Assembly: GCA_002841865.1 (NCBI GenBank)
Contig: PHBD01000013.1
Coordinates: 6,524-70,523 of the forward strand
DNA from: Deltaproteobacteria bacterium HGW-Deltaproteobacteria-19
GTDB taxonomy: Bacteria > Desulfobacterota > Syntrophia > Syntrophales > PHBD01
Length of the DNA stretch: 64,000 nt
Reading direction: 5' to 3'
Part shown: positions 33,620 through 43,602 of the stretch, piece by piece
How the letters are laid out: every line of letters starts with the position of its first letter
Position numbering within the stretch: position 1 is the first letter of the stretch
Notes under the pieces: generated by a model
Told to the model about the DNA's origin: nothing
The model's input: the letters and a program-made list of their open reading frames with translations, nothing else
Database searches by the model: none
Translations under genes and position numbers: made by a program

Positions 33620-34441
33620 TCAAACGATCATGCGGCTGATGACGACGGCGAGGGCGATGACAAGCCCCTGCACCAGGAGGGCCGCGGCGCTGTTTCCCGC
33701 CTGGATCTGGTCTCCCAGTTTCGTCTTCGGGAGAAAGATCCAGTCGGAGATCTTCTCGAAAATCAGGAGAAACAGCATTCCCGAAGCAGCGCTGATGAGG
33801 AACCAGCCCAGGCTCTCGGCCCAGCCGACAAAATCGCCGGCGATGCTGGACCGCAGGATGATGCTGTAGGCCACGAGCAGCCCCGCCACGGTGATCCCGG
33901 CGCTGAGGTTGCCCTCCTGCAGGCAGGCCGCCGTCCGGAAACGGTAGATCCGCTGGTGCAGGAAGACCGCCAGGTACAGGAAGATCTGGGCCAGGGCGAA
34001 GAAGGCCACGGCCGAAAGCAGGCTCCCGGTTTCGCCGGCGAAGGCACCGTTCAGCAGGATGCCCGTGGCAATGAAGCTGCCGGCCTCCACGATCCCCGTC
34101 GGCACGTTTCCCGCCTTGATCAGGTCATTGTTGCGGACGCCCGGGACGAGGATGCGGTCGTTCAGGAGGTGGGCGGCGAAAAAGAGAACCGTCGTGATGG
34201 CCCCGTCGGTGAGAAAAACCACCAGGTCCGCCCTCCGGAGCCCCCCCTGGAAAACCCCCGCCAGGGCGGTGCAGATCCCCACGTAGAGCCCGAACCGGCG
34301 CAGCGCAACGGCGGTGTTTCCCTCCTTTTCCACGGCGAGGTCGTCGTCGAACTTTGTGAGGACATCGGCGATCCGCTTCGAAATGTAGAGGAATGCCAGG
34401 ATGAGCGCCACGTACACCACAATCATGCCGTATCGTTCCAT
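33620..34441 (-). CDS. DUF350-repeat (YjfL-like) membrane protein
   Basis: Four GN-containing DUF350-like repeats (EKEGNTAVAL, IKAGNVPTGI, QEGNLSAGI, IQAGNSAAAL), each followed by TM helices. Confidence 0.6.
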   Translation of the reverse strand: MERYGMIVVYVALILAFLYISKRIADVLTKFDDDLAVEKEGNTAVALRRFGLYVGICTALAGVFQGGLRRADLVVFLTDGAITTVLFFAAHLLNDRILVPGVRNNDLIKAGNVPTGIVEAGSFIATGILLNGAFAGETGSLLSAVAFFALAQIFLYLAVFLHQRIYRFRTAACLQEGNLSAGITVAGLLVAYSIILRSSIAGDFVGWAESLGWFLISAASGMLFLLIFEKISDWIFLPKTKLGDQIQAGNSAAALLVQGLVIALAVVISRMIV

Positions 34442-34503
34442 CGTTCACTCCTTGTCGTCAGGTCGTTCCGCCGGTATCGGCGCAATCCGGGTTCGCGGAT
34501 TGT

Positions 34504-35838
34504 TCAAAGCTTCCGGAGCAGCCCCTGGGCGGCGATGTGGATCGGGTCCCACGGGCCGCTGAAGGGTGGGGCATAGGCCAGGTCGAGATAGGCAACATCC
34601 TCCAGGGACATGCCCGCCCAGAGGGCCGCCGAGAGGGTGTTGATGCGGCTCACCGCGCCCTTCTCTCCGATGGCCTGGGCACCCAGGAGCCGTCCCGTTC
34701 CCCGGTCCGCCGTCAATTTCAGGCCCACTTTCGTGGCGGTGGGCATGGATCGGGCTGCGCTGGTTCCCCACAGGATGGTGCTTACGGGATGGAAACCCGC
34801 AGCGGTGGCTTCCCGCTCGCTCAGCCCGGCAGTCGCGGCCTCCAGGTCGAAGACCTTGAAGGACTGGGCTCCCACGATGCCGGGAAAGACCATGGAGCCG
34901 CCGCCGATGTTGCTGCCCGCCACGCGGCCCTGCTTGTTGGCGATGTCCCCCAGGGGAACGTGGACCCAGCGGCCGCTCACCCGGTGGAAGGACTCGCTGC
35001 AGTCCCCGGCGGCGTAGATGTTTTCCACGGATGTGCGCTGGGCGAAGTTGACGGCGATGGCCCCCGTCGGACCGATGGTCACGCCCGCCTCCCGGGCCAG
35101 GTCCACGTCCGGGAGGACGCCCACGGCCAGAAGGATGATGTCCGCTTCCAGGGGACCGGCACTCGTGTTGAGGCGGTTGCGGCAGGAGGATCCGGCCTCG
35201 ATGGAGACCGTTGTCGTCTCCGGAAGGAACGTAACATTGTTGCGGCCCAGTTCATCAATGATCAATTTGGAAAATTCGGGATCCCAGCGGGTCGCCGGCA
35301 GGGTTCCCCGGTAGACCATGGTCGTCTCGATCCCCGCCTGGCGGAAGGCCTCGGCCATCTCCAGGCCGATGAATCCGGCGCCGACGATGACGGCCTTCCT
35401 GCAGGGCATGTCCCGGATGAGCTGCTTGATGCGGATGGCGTCGGTGAGGCGCTTCAGGACGAAGACCCCTTCCCGGTCCTCTCCGGGCATCCCCGGCGTG
35501 ACCGCCTTGACACCCGTGCCGAAGACGAGGAAGTCGAAGGGAAGCGTCTTCCCGCCCTCCGCACGCACCGTCTGTTCCTTGAGGTCCACGGCTTCGACAC
35601 CTGTGTTCGTGAAGACTTCGACCCCCGACTCCCGGAACTGCTCCGGAGTCCTTGCCACCAACTTCCGCTCGTCCTTGATCAGATCGCCGATGTAGTACGG
35701 CATCGGACAGGCGGCGGTGGATGTATAAGCCGTCCGCTCGATCATTGTAACGGTCAGTCCCGGGTCCTTCCGCCGGGCCTCCGCTGCCGCAGAGGCGCCT
35801 CCGGCGCCGGCGCCGATCACGATCAGGTTCTTGCTCAT
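34504..35838 (-). CDS. pyridine-nucleotide-disulfide oxidoreductase, CoA-disulfide reductase/NADH oxidase type
   Basis: IVIGAGAGGASAA FAD fold. Single redox Cys in STAACPMPYY. Second Rossmann fold VIVGAGFIGLE. Confidence 0.8.
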   Translation of the reverse strand: MSKNLIVIGAGAGGASAAAEARRKDPGLTVTMIERTAYTSTAACPMPYYIGDLIKDERKLVARTPEQFRESGVEVFTNTGVEAVDLKEQTVRAEGGKTLPFDFLVFGTGVKAVTPGMPGEDREGVFVLKRLTDAIRIKQLIRDMPCRKAVIVGAGFIGLEMAEAFRQAGIETTMVYRGTLPATRWDPEFSKLIIDELGRNNVTFLPETTTVSIEAGSSCRNRLNTSAGPLEADIILLAVGVLPDVDLAREAGVTIGPTGAIAVNFAQRTSVENIYAAGDCSESFHRVSGRWVHVPLGDIANKQGRVAGSNIGGGSMVFPGIVGAQSFKVFDLEAATAGLSEREATAAGFHPVSTILWGTSAARSMPTATKVGLKLTADRGTGRLLGAQAIGEKGAVSRINTLSAALWAGMSLEDVAYLDLAYAPPFSGPWDPIHIAAQGLLRKL

Positions 35839-35857
35839 GCCGGATCCTCCTTTGTGA

Positions 35858-36700
35858 TTACCGATTCCGCTTTACAGCGGTTTTGCGTATCCAGAAGACC
35901 GCCAGTCCCGCCCCGATCATGAGCAGGCAAAGGATCTGGCCCATGCTGAGGGAAAACAAGAGAAGCCCGAGCTGAGCATCGGGTTCCCGGAAGAACTCGA
36001 TGACAAACCGGATGAGGCCGTAGCCGATGAGATACAGCGAGAAAAGAAATCCGTCAAAGGGACTTTTCCGGCGGATCGCCCAGAGAATCGCAAAGAGGAC
36101 GATGCCTTCGAAAAGGGCCTCATAGAGCTGGGAGGGGTGGCGAAGCTGTCCCGTGGGGTCGAGGGGAAAGTACATCCCCCATGGCATCGTCGTGGCGCGT
36201 CCCCAGAGCTCGCCGTTCAGGAAATTCCCGAGCCGGCCGAAGGTGTAGCCCAGCGGAACGGCAGGGCAGATCAGGTCCACTATGTTCCAGAAGGCGATGC
36301 CGTTGCGCCGGCAGAACCAGATCGCCGCCAGGAGCACTCCCACGAGACCGCCGTGAAACGACATGCCGCTGATGCCGACAAAACGCACGCCGCCGGTGAA
36401 TTCGAAGGGCAGGAAGATTTCCAGGAGGTGATGTGAGTAATAATCCAGGTTGTAGAACAGGACGTAGCCGAGACGGCCGCCCAGGATCAGGCCGAGAACT
36501 ATCCAGATGAAGAGGTCCTGGATCGTCTCCGGCGTGTAGGGGAATTTTTCCTGCCGGATCCGGCGGACCACCAGGAAATAGGTGAGGCCGAAGGCCACGA
36601 GGTACATCAGGCTGTACCAGCGGAGCTGGAAGGAGCCGATCTGGAAGAGAACAGGGCTGATGTGGCTGGGGAGACTCGCCCAGCCGGTCGGATTGTCCAT
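35858..36700 (-). CDS. lgt: prolipoprotein diacylglyceryl transferase
   Basis: ATG at 36700 (MDNPTGW...). RWYSLMYLVAF, GGRLGYVLFY, GRLGNFLNGELWGR. The ORF-track 429-aa version is an unsupported N-terminal extension. Confidence 0.85.
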   Translation of the reverse strand: MDNPTGWASLPSHISPVLFQIGSFQLRWYSLMYLVAFGLTYFLVVRRIRQEKFPYTPETIQDLFIWIVLGLILGGRLGYVLFYNLDYYSHHLLEIFLPFEFTGGVRFVGISGMSFHGGLVGVLLAAIWFCRRNGIAFWNIVDLICPAVPLGYTFGRLGNFLNGELWGRATTMPWGMYFPLDPTGQLRHPSQLYEALFEGIVLFAILWAIRRKSPFDGFLFSLYLIGYGLIRFVIEFFREPDAQLGLLLFSLSMGQILCLLMIGAGLAVFWIRKTAVKRNR

Positions 36701-36998
36701 GAGGTCTGCTTTCTCCCGCCTTGCATTCCTGCGGATCCGGCGGGGACCGGAAAAGTGGAGGTTCCGGACGGGTGGCCCTTTGGAGTACCCGGCCAGTCCC
36801 GTTCGGGACGCATACCGGCAGTCTCTTACCACAGCCGGCGGCCGATGTGCAATGGAAGTCCGGGAATCTGGGGCGTATTGACAGCAGGCAGCGCCTTCTG
36901 TATCGTTGCTGCGGTCCGAACGGGCCGCGGTCGTGTCAGTGGATGCGCGTTGCACCCGGAGCATCCCTCCCCTAGACGACACTGGAAACGGAGGCGGC

Positions 36999-37622
36999 AT
37001 GAATTGGGGCGTCCTGATTTTCCCGAACGTGGAGGAACTGGATTTCGCGGGTCCCTGGGAAATCCTCGGCATGTGGAGCAAGTTCTCCGGGGGACCGGAT
37101 AAACGGTTGATCGTTGCCGAGGCGTACGAGCCGGTCACCTGCGCCAAGGGCCTGATCGTCGTCCCGCACGTTTCCTTCGCACAGTGCCCGCCGCTGGATT
37201 ATCTCCTCGTCCCGGGAGGCGAGGGGACGCGCCGGGAGGTCTACAATCCGGCCCTGATCGATTTCATCGCCGGGCAGGCGAAATCGTGCCGGGCCGTGCT
37301 TTCCGTCTGCACCGGCTCCTTTCTGCTGCACCGCGCCGGGCTCCTGAACGGCAGGAAGGCGACCACACACTGGGGCTCCCTGGAGCGGCTGCGGAAACTG
37401 GGAGACGTGCACGTCGAGGAAGAGCGGTTCACCCGCGACGGCAACGTCTGGACCGCCGCCGGCGTGTCCGCCGGGATCGACATGATGCTCGCCTTCATCG
37501 CCGAAACGGCGGGGGAGCGGGCCGCGGGCATCGCCCAGTTTGCCGCTGAGTACTACCCGTCCAGCCGGGCCTACGGTGACTTTCACACGGGTCCCGATGC
37601 GCCGGCGTATCTGAAAAAATAG
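36999..37622 (+). CDS. DJ-1/PfpI-family protein
   Basis: ATG at 36999 follows GGAAACGGAGG. Nucleophile elbow VCTGSFLL. TTHW. Confidence 0.8.
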   Translation: MNWGVLIFPNVEELDFAGPWEILGMWSKFSGGPDKRLIVAEAYEPVTCAKGLIVVPHVSFAQCPPLDYLLVPGGEGTRREVYNPALIDFIAGQAKSCRAVLSVCTGSFLLHRAGLLNGRKATTHWGSLERLRKLGDVHVEEERFTRDGNVWTAAGVSAGIDMMLAFIAETAGERAAGIAQFAAEYYPSSRAYGDFHTGPDAPAYLKK

Positions 37623-37742
37623 CGTTGAGCAACGCGGGCGGCTGCCTTTGCCGGGTTCGCCCGGTCCAAGCACATCAAACCATGGCATGCGGCGCCGGGG
37701 ATGGCGAAGCCCCCGACGGGCTGCATGCGCCGGGGGATTTTC

Positions 37743-38075
37743 ATGAAGCAATGGGTTTTTCTCGCGATCGCAATCGTCAGCGAGGTGGCGGCCACCTCTG
37801 CGCTAAAAAGCAGCGAGGGGTTCACGAGGCTCCTGCCCTCGCTTCTCGTCGTCGCGGGCTACGGTGCTGCGTTCTATTTCCTGTCCCTGACGCTCCGCTC
37901 CATTCCGGTGGGGGTTGCCTACGCCGTCTGGTCGGGGGCGGGCATGGCGCTCATCTCCGTGGTGGCCTGGATTTTCCTGGACCAGAAGCTCGACGCCCCG
38001 GCGATCCTGGGAATCGTCCTGATTGCGGCCGGGGTTGTCGTCATGAACGTTTTTTCAAGGACACTCGTACATTAG
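37743..38075 (+). CDS. SMR-family multidrug efflux protein (EmrE/QacE-like)
   Basis: [24 protein letters not shown] (membrane Glu), [11 protein letters not shown], and C-terminal NVFSRTLVH as in EmrE. Confidence 0.85.
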   Translation: MKQWVFLAIAIVSEVAATSALKSSEGFTRLLPSLLVVAGYGAAFYFLSLTLRSIPVGVAYAVWSGAGMALISVVAWIFLDQKLDAPAILGIVLIAAGVVVMNVFSRTLVH

Positions 38076-38156
38076 ACGGCAGAAAAGGAGAAAGGGGACA
38101 GATATTTATAAGTCCCCCCGCCACTTGTTCTTGCCGATCGGAGGCTCGCGGACCTG

Positions 38157-38576
38157 ATGGAAAACCGTTTCCGGGATTACAACCTGGCCCTTTTCTGCGG
38201 GGGGCGGCGGGTCTTTGCGTCGCAGGGGAAGGGGCTCCGGCCGCTGGTGGAGTGCCTGGACGCCTGCCGGGACCTTCGGGACTGCGTGCTCCACGACAAG
38301 ATCATGGGGCTGGCGGCGGCGCGGCTGGCGGCTGATTCGGGGATTGTACGGGAAATCGCGGCACGGACGGCCTCGGAGCCGGCGGCGCGATTTCTCGAAT
38401 CGAGAGGCATTCCCCTGGAGGCGGAGGGAACCGTTCCCGCCATCCTGACACAGGACGGAAGCGCCGTCTGCCCCGGGGAGCGGATCGCCTTGGCCGTGGA
38501 AGATCCGGTGCGATTTGAAAAGGAAATCCGGGCAATGCTCGCCTCCGGTGCGGCCGGGATACCCGCCGGTCAGTAG
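38157..38576 (+). CDS. DUF1893-domain protein
   Basis: HDKIMGLAAARLAADSGIVREIAARTASEPAARFLESRGIPLE...VCPGE. Confidence 0.6.
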   Translation: MENRFRDYNLALFCGGRRVFASQGKGLRPLVECLDACRDLRDCVLHDKIMGLAAARLAADSGIVREIAARTASEPAARFLESRGIPLEAEGTVPAILTQDGSAVCPGERIALAVEDPVRFEKEIRAMLASGAAGIPAGQ

Positions 38577-39535
38577 GCCGTGCCCTTGATGTCCTCCACG
38601 TAGAGCTGGGCCGAGTTGGCCGCAACGGCACCGTCGCCGCAGGCGGTGATGACCTGCCTCAGGGGGGTAACTGTGCAGTCCCCGCAGGCGAAAATGCCCG
38701 GCGCCGAAGTCCGCATCGCCCGGTCCACCCGGACGGCCCCGTCGGGTTCGCGGTCGGCAAGGTCATGGACAAGGTCGGTATTGGGGATCAGCCCCACGAA
38801 GAGGAACACGCCCTCCGTCGGGATTTCACGCTCCTCCCCCGTCTTGACGTCCCGGAGGCGCACGGCCTCCACCGTCTCTTTCCCGAGAATCTCCCGGACG
38901 ACGGAATTCCATGCAAAGGCGATTTTCCCGTTGGCGAAGGCCCGGTCCTGGAGGATCCCCGTGGCGCGAAGGCGGTCCCGCCTATGGACCACGGTGACCT
39001 TGTCGGCGAAGTGGGTCAGGAACAGGGCCTCCTGGATGGCCGTGTTGCCTCCCCCGACGACGACCACCTCCCGGTTCCGGTAGAACGGCCCGTCGCAGGT
39101 GGCGCAGAAGGATACGCCCCGGCCGATGAACTGTTCTTCCCCCGGGACGCCGAGCCTTCTCCAGGAGGCCCCCGTCGCCAGGATGACCGAGAGGGCTTCG
39201 ATGGTTTTCCCGCCCGCAATGATCCGCCAGGCGGGATGATCTCCCCAGCGGCCGGGTTCCAGGGAGCTCGTATCTTCGGACAGGGTTTCCAGCCCGAACT
39301 GGACGGCCTGCTTCCGGAGGCGCTCCACCAGGTCAAAACCGTTGATGCCCTCCGGAAACCCGGGATAATTCTCGATCATGTCGGTGATGGTGATCTGGGA
39401 GACCGTGGATGCCCCCTGGATCATGAGCGTCCGGAGGTTGGCCCGGGCGGCGTAGATGCCCGCCGTCAGACCTGCCGGTCCGCCGCCGATGATGGCCACG
39501 TCGTAGGGGTGGTCCGGTTGCACCGCTTCTTCCAT
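38570..39535 (-). CDS. trxB: thioredoxin-disulfide reductase
   Basis: ATG at 39535 follows AGGAGG. YDVAIIGGGPAGLTAGIYAAR, redox CATCDG, VVVVGGGNTAIQEA. Confidence 0.85.
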   Translation of the reverse strand: MEEAVQPDHPYDVAIIGGGPAGLTAGIYAARANLRTLMIQGASTVSQITITDMIENYPGFPEGINGFDLVERLRKQAVQFGLETLSEDTSSLEPGRWGDHPAWRIIAGGKTIEALSVILATGASWRRLGVPGEEQFIGRGVSFCATCDGPFYRNREVVVVGGGNTAIQEALFLTHFADKVTVVHRRDRLRATGILQDRAFANGKIAFAWNSVVREILGKETVEAVRLRDVKTGEEREIPTEGVFLFVGLIPNTDLVHDLADREPDGAVRVDRAMRTSAPGIFACGDCTVTPLRQVITACGDGAVAANSAQLYVEDIKGTAY

Positions 39536-39715
39536 GGAGAGCCTCCTGTCCGCCGGATGCGGAATCGTTTTCCACCCTTTAGACAATCGGGACGGACCTG
39601 TCAACGGATGGCCTTTTTTGCCTTGGCAAGCGGGAGCGGGTATGCTATGAAACGGCGAATAAATCAGAATATTTATGGAACTTGACCCGTTCCGTTTCCA
39701 AGGAGAAAATCCGTT

Positions 39716-40462
39716 ATGTCCGGCCATTCCAAATGGAGCACAATCAAGCGGAAAAAAGGCGCCATCGACGCAAAGCGCGGCAAGATCTTCACGAAGCTCG
39801 CCAAGGAAATCAGCCTGGCCGCCAGGCTCGGCGGCAGCGATCCCGAAGCGAACGCGCGGCTCCGCCAGGCGGTCCTGGCCGCCCGGGATGAAAACATGCC
39901 CAAGGACAACATCGAGCGGGCCATCAAGAAGGGCGCGGGCGAACTGGGATCGGTAAGTTACGAGGAAATCACCTATGAAGGGTATGGCCCCGGCGGCGTG
40001 GCCCTGATGGTGGAAATCATGACGGATAACAAGAACCGGACCGTGGCCGAGATCCGCCACATCCTCTCCAAGCACGGGGGGAACCTGGGGGAAAACGGCT
40101 GCGTCTCCTGGATCTTTTCGAAGCATGGCAGCATTCTCATCGACAAGAAGCTGATCGGCGAGGACGAGCTCATGGAAATGGCCCTGGAGGCCGGGGCGGA
40201 AGACGTCCGGGAGGAGGAGAACGAATTCGAGGTCCTCACCGATCCGCTGTCCTTCGAGGGCGTCCGGAAGGTCCTGCAGGAGAAGGGTTTGAAGTTCCTC
40301 GAGGCGAAGGTGACCATGATCCCCCAGAATCTCGTCAACCTGGACGAGAAAAAGGCGGAGCAGATGCTCAAGATGATGGAAAAGCTTGAGGACAACGACG
40401 ACGTCCAGAACGTCTACGCGAATTTTGACATCGCCGACGACGTAATGGAAAAATTGAGCTGA
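39716..40462 (+). CDS. YebC/PmpR-family DNA-binding transcriptional regulator
   Basis: [28 protein letters not shown]... Confidence 0.9.
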   Translation: MSGHSKWSTIKRKKGAIDAKRGKIFTKLAKEISLAARLGGSDPEANARLRQAVLAARDENMPKDNIERAIKKGAGELGSVSYEEITYEGYGPGGVALMVEIMTDNKNRTVAEIRHILSKHGGNLGENGCVSWIFSKHGSILIDKKLIGEDELMEMALEAGAEDVREEENEFEVLTDPLSFEGVRKVLQEKGLKFLEAKVTMIPQNLVNLDEKKAEQMLKMMEKLEDNDDVQNVYANFDIADDVMEKLS

Positions 40463-40488
40463 CCGGCTTTTCGCGCGTCTCCTTCGGC

Positions 40489-40986
40489 ATGCGACCGGAT
40501 AACCCCTTTCGAATCCTCGGCATCGACCCCGGCAGCCACGTGACGGGGTACGGCGTGGTGGAGAAGCGGAGGAATGACCTCGCCTGCATGACCTATGGGG
40601 AGATCCGCCCGCCCCGGGGGGCCTCGCTTACCATTGCCCTGTCCACGGTGTACAAAGGGATCGAGGAACTGATCCGCGAGTCCGCCCCGGACGTCATGGC
40701 CATCGAGGACATCTTTTTCGGAAAGAACGTCCGGAGCCTGATCCGCCAGGGCCAGCTGCGGGGCGTCGCCATCTTCGCCGGAACCCATGGCGGTCTGCCG
40801 GTTTTTGAATACACCCCCCTGGAGATCAAGAAGGCCGTTGTCGGATACGGAAGGGCGGAGAAAACCCAGGTGCAGAGCATGGTCAGGGCAATCCTGCGGC
40901 TTCCCGGGGAGGCGCCCGCGGATGCCTCGGACGCCCTGGCAGTGGCCATTTGCCACGCCCATTTCGGAAAGGACAAAACGGTCTGA
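40489..40986 (+). CDS. ruvC: crossover junction endodeoxyribonuclease RuvC
   Basis: ILGIDPGSHVTGYGVV; ...AIEDIFFGKN; DASDALAVAICH. Confidence 0.9.
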   Translation: MRPDNPFRILGIDPGSHVTGYGVVEKRRNDLACMTYGEIRPPRGASLTIALSTVYKGIEELIRESAPDVMAIEDIFFGKNVRSLIRQGQLRGVAIFAGTHGGLPVFEYTPLEIKKAVVGYGRAEKTQVQSMVRAILRLPGEAPADASDALAVAICHAHFGKDKTV

Positions 40987-41591
40987 TGATCGCACGGATT
41001 CAGGGCATTCTTCTCGAGAAGTCGCTCAGCTCCGTCACTCTGGACGTGGGTGGTGTGGGATACCGCGTCTTCGTTCCCCTCACCGCCATCTACGATCTCC
41101 CGGAGGCGGGCGAGAATCTGGTCCTTCACATCCATACGCACGTGCGCGAGGACGCCATCCAGCTGTTCGGCTTCCCCGATCCGGACCAGCGGGGACTCTT
41201 CCAGATGATGATCGCCGTCAGTGGAATCGGCCCCCGGCTGGCCATGAACATCCTCTCGGGAATCACCCCGGAGGAACTGGCGGCGGCCATTACCCGGGGA
41301 GACCTGGCTCGTCTGGTTAGAATTCCCGGCGTGGGCCGCAAAATGGCCGAGCGGATGGTCTTGGAACTGAAGGACCGGATCCTGAAGGCCGGATTCACGA
41401 CCACGGCGGGACTCGGCGAGAAGCCACAGGGAGTCGCCGGCATGGAAGAGGATGTCCTCTCGGCACTCCTGAACCTGGGTTACAAGGAGGCATCGGCGAA
41501 GAGTGCGCTGGACAAGGCGGCCCGGGAAATCCCCGCCCCGACGACGTTGGACGGGCTATTGAAAGGCGCCCTGAAAATCCTTTCAGGCTGA
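40986..41591 (+). CDS. ruvA: Holliday junction DNA helicase subunit RuvA
   Basis: The ATG at 40986 overlaps the ruvC stop. MIARIQGILLEKS...VGGVGYRVFVP; GIGPRLAMNILSG; IPGVGRKMAERM. Confidence 0.9.
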   Translation: MIARIQGILLEKSLSSVTLDVGGVGYRVFVPLTAIYDLPEAGENLVLHIHTHVREDAIQLFGFPDPDQRGLFQMMIAVSGIGPRLAMNILSGITPEELAAAITRGDLARLVRIPGVGRKMAERMVLELKDRILKAGFTTTAGLGEKPQGVAGMEEDVLSALLNLGYKEASAKSALDKAAREIPAPTTLDGLLKGALKILSG

Positions 41592-41599
41592 TGAAAAAG

Positions 41600-41840
41600 G
41601 GCTGTCTGCTGCGTTCCCCTCGTCCCTAGCCGTTCGACGTACGGAAAAGTACGCCTCACGGCTCGGGACATCGGGCGCCTTGCATCCAACCCTTTTTGAT
41701 CAGCCTGAAGAGGCGATACCGTGGCAGGTGGTTGAAAGCGGCCGTCTGCGGCGTTGCCCTTGTCCTTCGCCATTCGACGTACAAAAAGAACGCCTCATGG
41801 CTCGGGACATCGGGCGCCTTGCATCCAGCCACTTTTGAAC
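41600..41840. repeat. two copies of a roughly 100-bp structured element, 140-bp period, in the ruvA-ruvB spacer
   Basis: Copy 1 is 41600-41700 and copy 2 is 41740-41840. Shared blocks are GG(C/T)(T/C)GTCTGC, TTCGACGTAC and GGCTCGGGACATCGGGCGCCTTGCATCCA. Copy 1 is bracketed by an 18/19 inverted repeat (41583-41601 against 41690-41708). Confidence 0.7.
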
Positions 41841-41902
41841 TGCCTGTGCCGATGATTTGCTGCTGGCGGGGCGAGCCGGTTTAACCGGGAGAACGGGCGG
41901 CT

Positions 41903-43009
41903 ATGGTTCCGTCGGGGACGGGAGCACCGGATTTGGGACAGGAAAGGAAAGACCGGGTGGCAAACACGCGGAAACAGGAAGCCCCGGAAGAGAGAAATCC
42001 ACTGGTCCATCCGGCGGTCATCGAGGAAGATGTGGGCCTGGATGTGTCACTGCGTCCCCGGAGCCTGGATGAGTACATCGGCCAGCCGAAGATCAAGGGA
42101 AACCTGTCTCTTTTCATCCAGGCCGCCCGGGAGCGAAGCGAGGCCCTCGATCATGTGCTCCTCTACGGCCCTCCCGGCCTTGGCAAGACGACCCTGGCCT
42201 ACATTGTAGCCCGGGAGATGGGGGTGGACATCAAGGTGACCTCGGGGCCCGTCGTCGAGCGACCCGGAGACCTGGCGGCGATCCTCACGAACCTCCACGA
42301 CCAGGACGTGCTCTTCATCGACGAGATCCACCGCCTGTCCCACGTGGTCGAAGAGATTCTCTACCCGGCCATGGAGGATTACCACATCGACATCCTGATC
42401 GGCCAAGGGCCTTCCGCCCGCTCCATGAAGTTGGGCATTCCCCGGTTCACCCTGATCGGCGCCACCACGAAGGCGGGGCTTTTGACCTCTCCGCTCCGGG
42501 ACCGGTTCGGCATGAGCTTTCGCTTCGAGTTTTACGACCCGGAAGAGTTGGCCGTGATCATCCGGCGCTCTGCCGGCATCCTGTCCATTGCCGTCGATGA
42601 CGACGGCGCGGTGGAACTGGCCCGCCGCTGCCGGGGCACCCCCCGGATCGCCAACCGGCTTCTCCGGCGCGTCCGGGACTATGCCCAGGTCAAGGCCCGG
42701 GGAAAGGTCGACCGGGAAGTAGTGGTTCGGGCCCTGGAACTCTTCGAGGTGGACGGCCGGGGTTTCGATCACATGGACCGGCGGATCCTCCTGACCCTGA
42801 TTGAAAAGTTCGGCGGCGGGCCCGTGGGCATCGACAGCCTGTCGTCGGCCATCGGGGAGGAGCGAACCACCCTGGAAGACGTCTACGAACCCTTCCTGGT
42901 GCAGGAAGGCTACATTCAGCGGACCGCCCGGGGGCGGCTGGCGACGAAGGCGGCCTATGACCACTTCGGCCTGGCCTGGCCCGGGGCCCGCCAGGGGGAA
43001 TTGTTATGA
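41903..43009 (+). CDS. ruvB: Holliday junction DNA helicase RuvB
   Basis: [12 protein letters not shown], Walker [10 protein letters not shown], Walker [10 protein letters not shown]. The exact start is uncertain. Confidence 0.9.
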   Translation: MVPSGTGAPDLGQERKDRVANTRKQEAPEERNPLVHPAVIEEDVGLDVSLRPRSLDEYIGQPKIKGNLSLFIQAARERSEALDHVLLYGPPGLGKTTLAYIVAREMGVDIKVTSGPVVERPGDLAAILTNLHDQDVLFIDEIHRLSHVVEEILYPAMEDYHIDILIGQGPSARSMKLGIPRFTLIGATTKAGLLTSPLRDRFGMSFRFEFYDPEELAVIIRRSAGILSIAVDDDGAVELARRCRGTPRIANRLLRRVRDYAQVKARGKVDREVVVRALELFEVDGRGFDHMDRRILLTLIEKFGGGPVGIDSLSSAIGEERTTLEDVYEPFLVQEGYIQRTARGRLATKAAYDHFGLAWPGARQGELL

Positions 43010-43602
43010 ACATTCTGCTTCACATCTGCTGCGCCCCGTGCGCCATCGTGCCCGTGGAAGAGCTCCGGGACGAGGGCCACGAAGTCACGGGCATGTTTTT
43101 CAATCCCAACATCCATCCCTTCCAGGAACATCAACGGCGCCTGGAGACGCTCCGGGAGTACGCGGAGATGGTGCCGTTCCCGGTCATCTGGCCCGAGGAC
43201 TATCCCCTCGAGGAGTACATCCAGGCCGTCTGTTCCCTGGGGCCCGACCGTTGCATCCAGTGTTACCGGATCCGTCTGGACCGGGTGGCCGGGGCCGCCA
43301 AGGCCGGTGGATACGACGCCTTCACATCGAGCCTTCTCTACAGCCGGTACCAGCGGCACGACCAGATCCGGGAAGTTGCTGCGGAAATGAGCCGGCAGCA
43401 CGACGTCCCTTTCCTCTACCGGGATTTCCGGGAGGGATGGCAGGAGGGGCTCCGTCTGTCCCGCCATATGGGTCTCTATCGACAGCCCTATTGCGGCTGC
43501 ATCTTCAGCGAGAAGGAACGGTTTTACCGCCCGCACCGAACAGCAAAGCAAACGGCAGCGAAGGAACCGACTGTGGACAGGATGCCTCCCGGATGCGGAT
43601 GA
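43006..43602 (+). CDS. queH: epoxyqueuosine reductase QueH (DUF208)
   Basis: [11 protein letters not shown]...FFNPNIHP...CIQCY...QPYCGC. Confidence 0.8.
   Translation: MNILLHICCAPCAIVPVEELRDEGHEVTGMFFNPNIHPFQEHQRRLETLREYAEMVPFPVIWPEDYPLEEYIQAVCSLGPDRCIQCYRIRLDRVAGAAKAGGYDAFTSSLLYSRYQRHDQIREVAAEMSRQHDVPFLYRDFREGWQEGLRLSRHMGLYRQPYCGCIFSEKERFYRPHRTAKQTAAKEPTVDRMPPGCG

Noticed and set aside
35858-37147. 429-aa version of lgt. The same applies to the 518-aa version of trxB (38570-40126).
   Set aside because: The N-terminal extensions have no homology-like motifs and run across the divergent promoters and neighbouring genes. RBS-supported internal ATGs (36700 and 39535) give canonical-length proteins.
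37623-37742. Guanidine riboswitch (ykkC, mini-ykkC or ykkC-III) upstream of the SMR transporter gene.
   Set aside because: The leader is GC-rich and folds (GCATGC palindromes, and a GGGG..GGC-GAA-GCC..CCCC hairpin). However, I could not place paired ACGR-loop hairpins or the ykkC conserved blocks, and the transporter looks like an EmrE/Qac type rather than a Gdx/SugE type. A covariance-model scan would settle it.
39536-39715. Sigma54-like TTGGCAAGCGGGAGCG in the trxB/yebC divergent region.
   Set aside because: The GG-to-GC spacing is 9 nt rather than 10. The sequence is part of a TTGCC-TT-GGCAA palindrome and is not a credible -24/-12 element.
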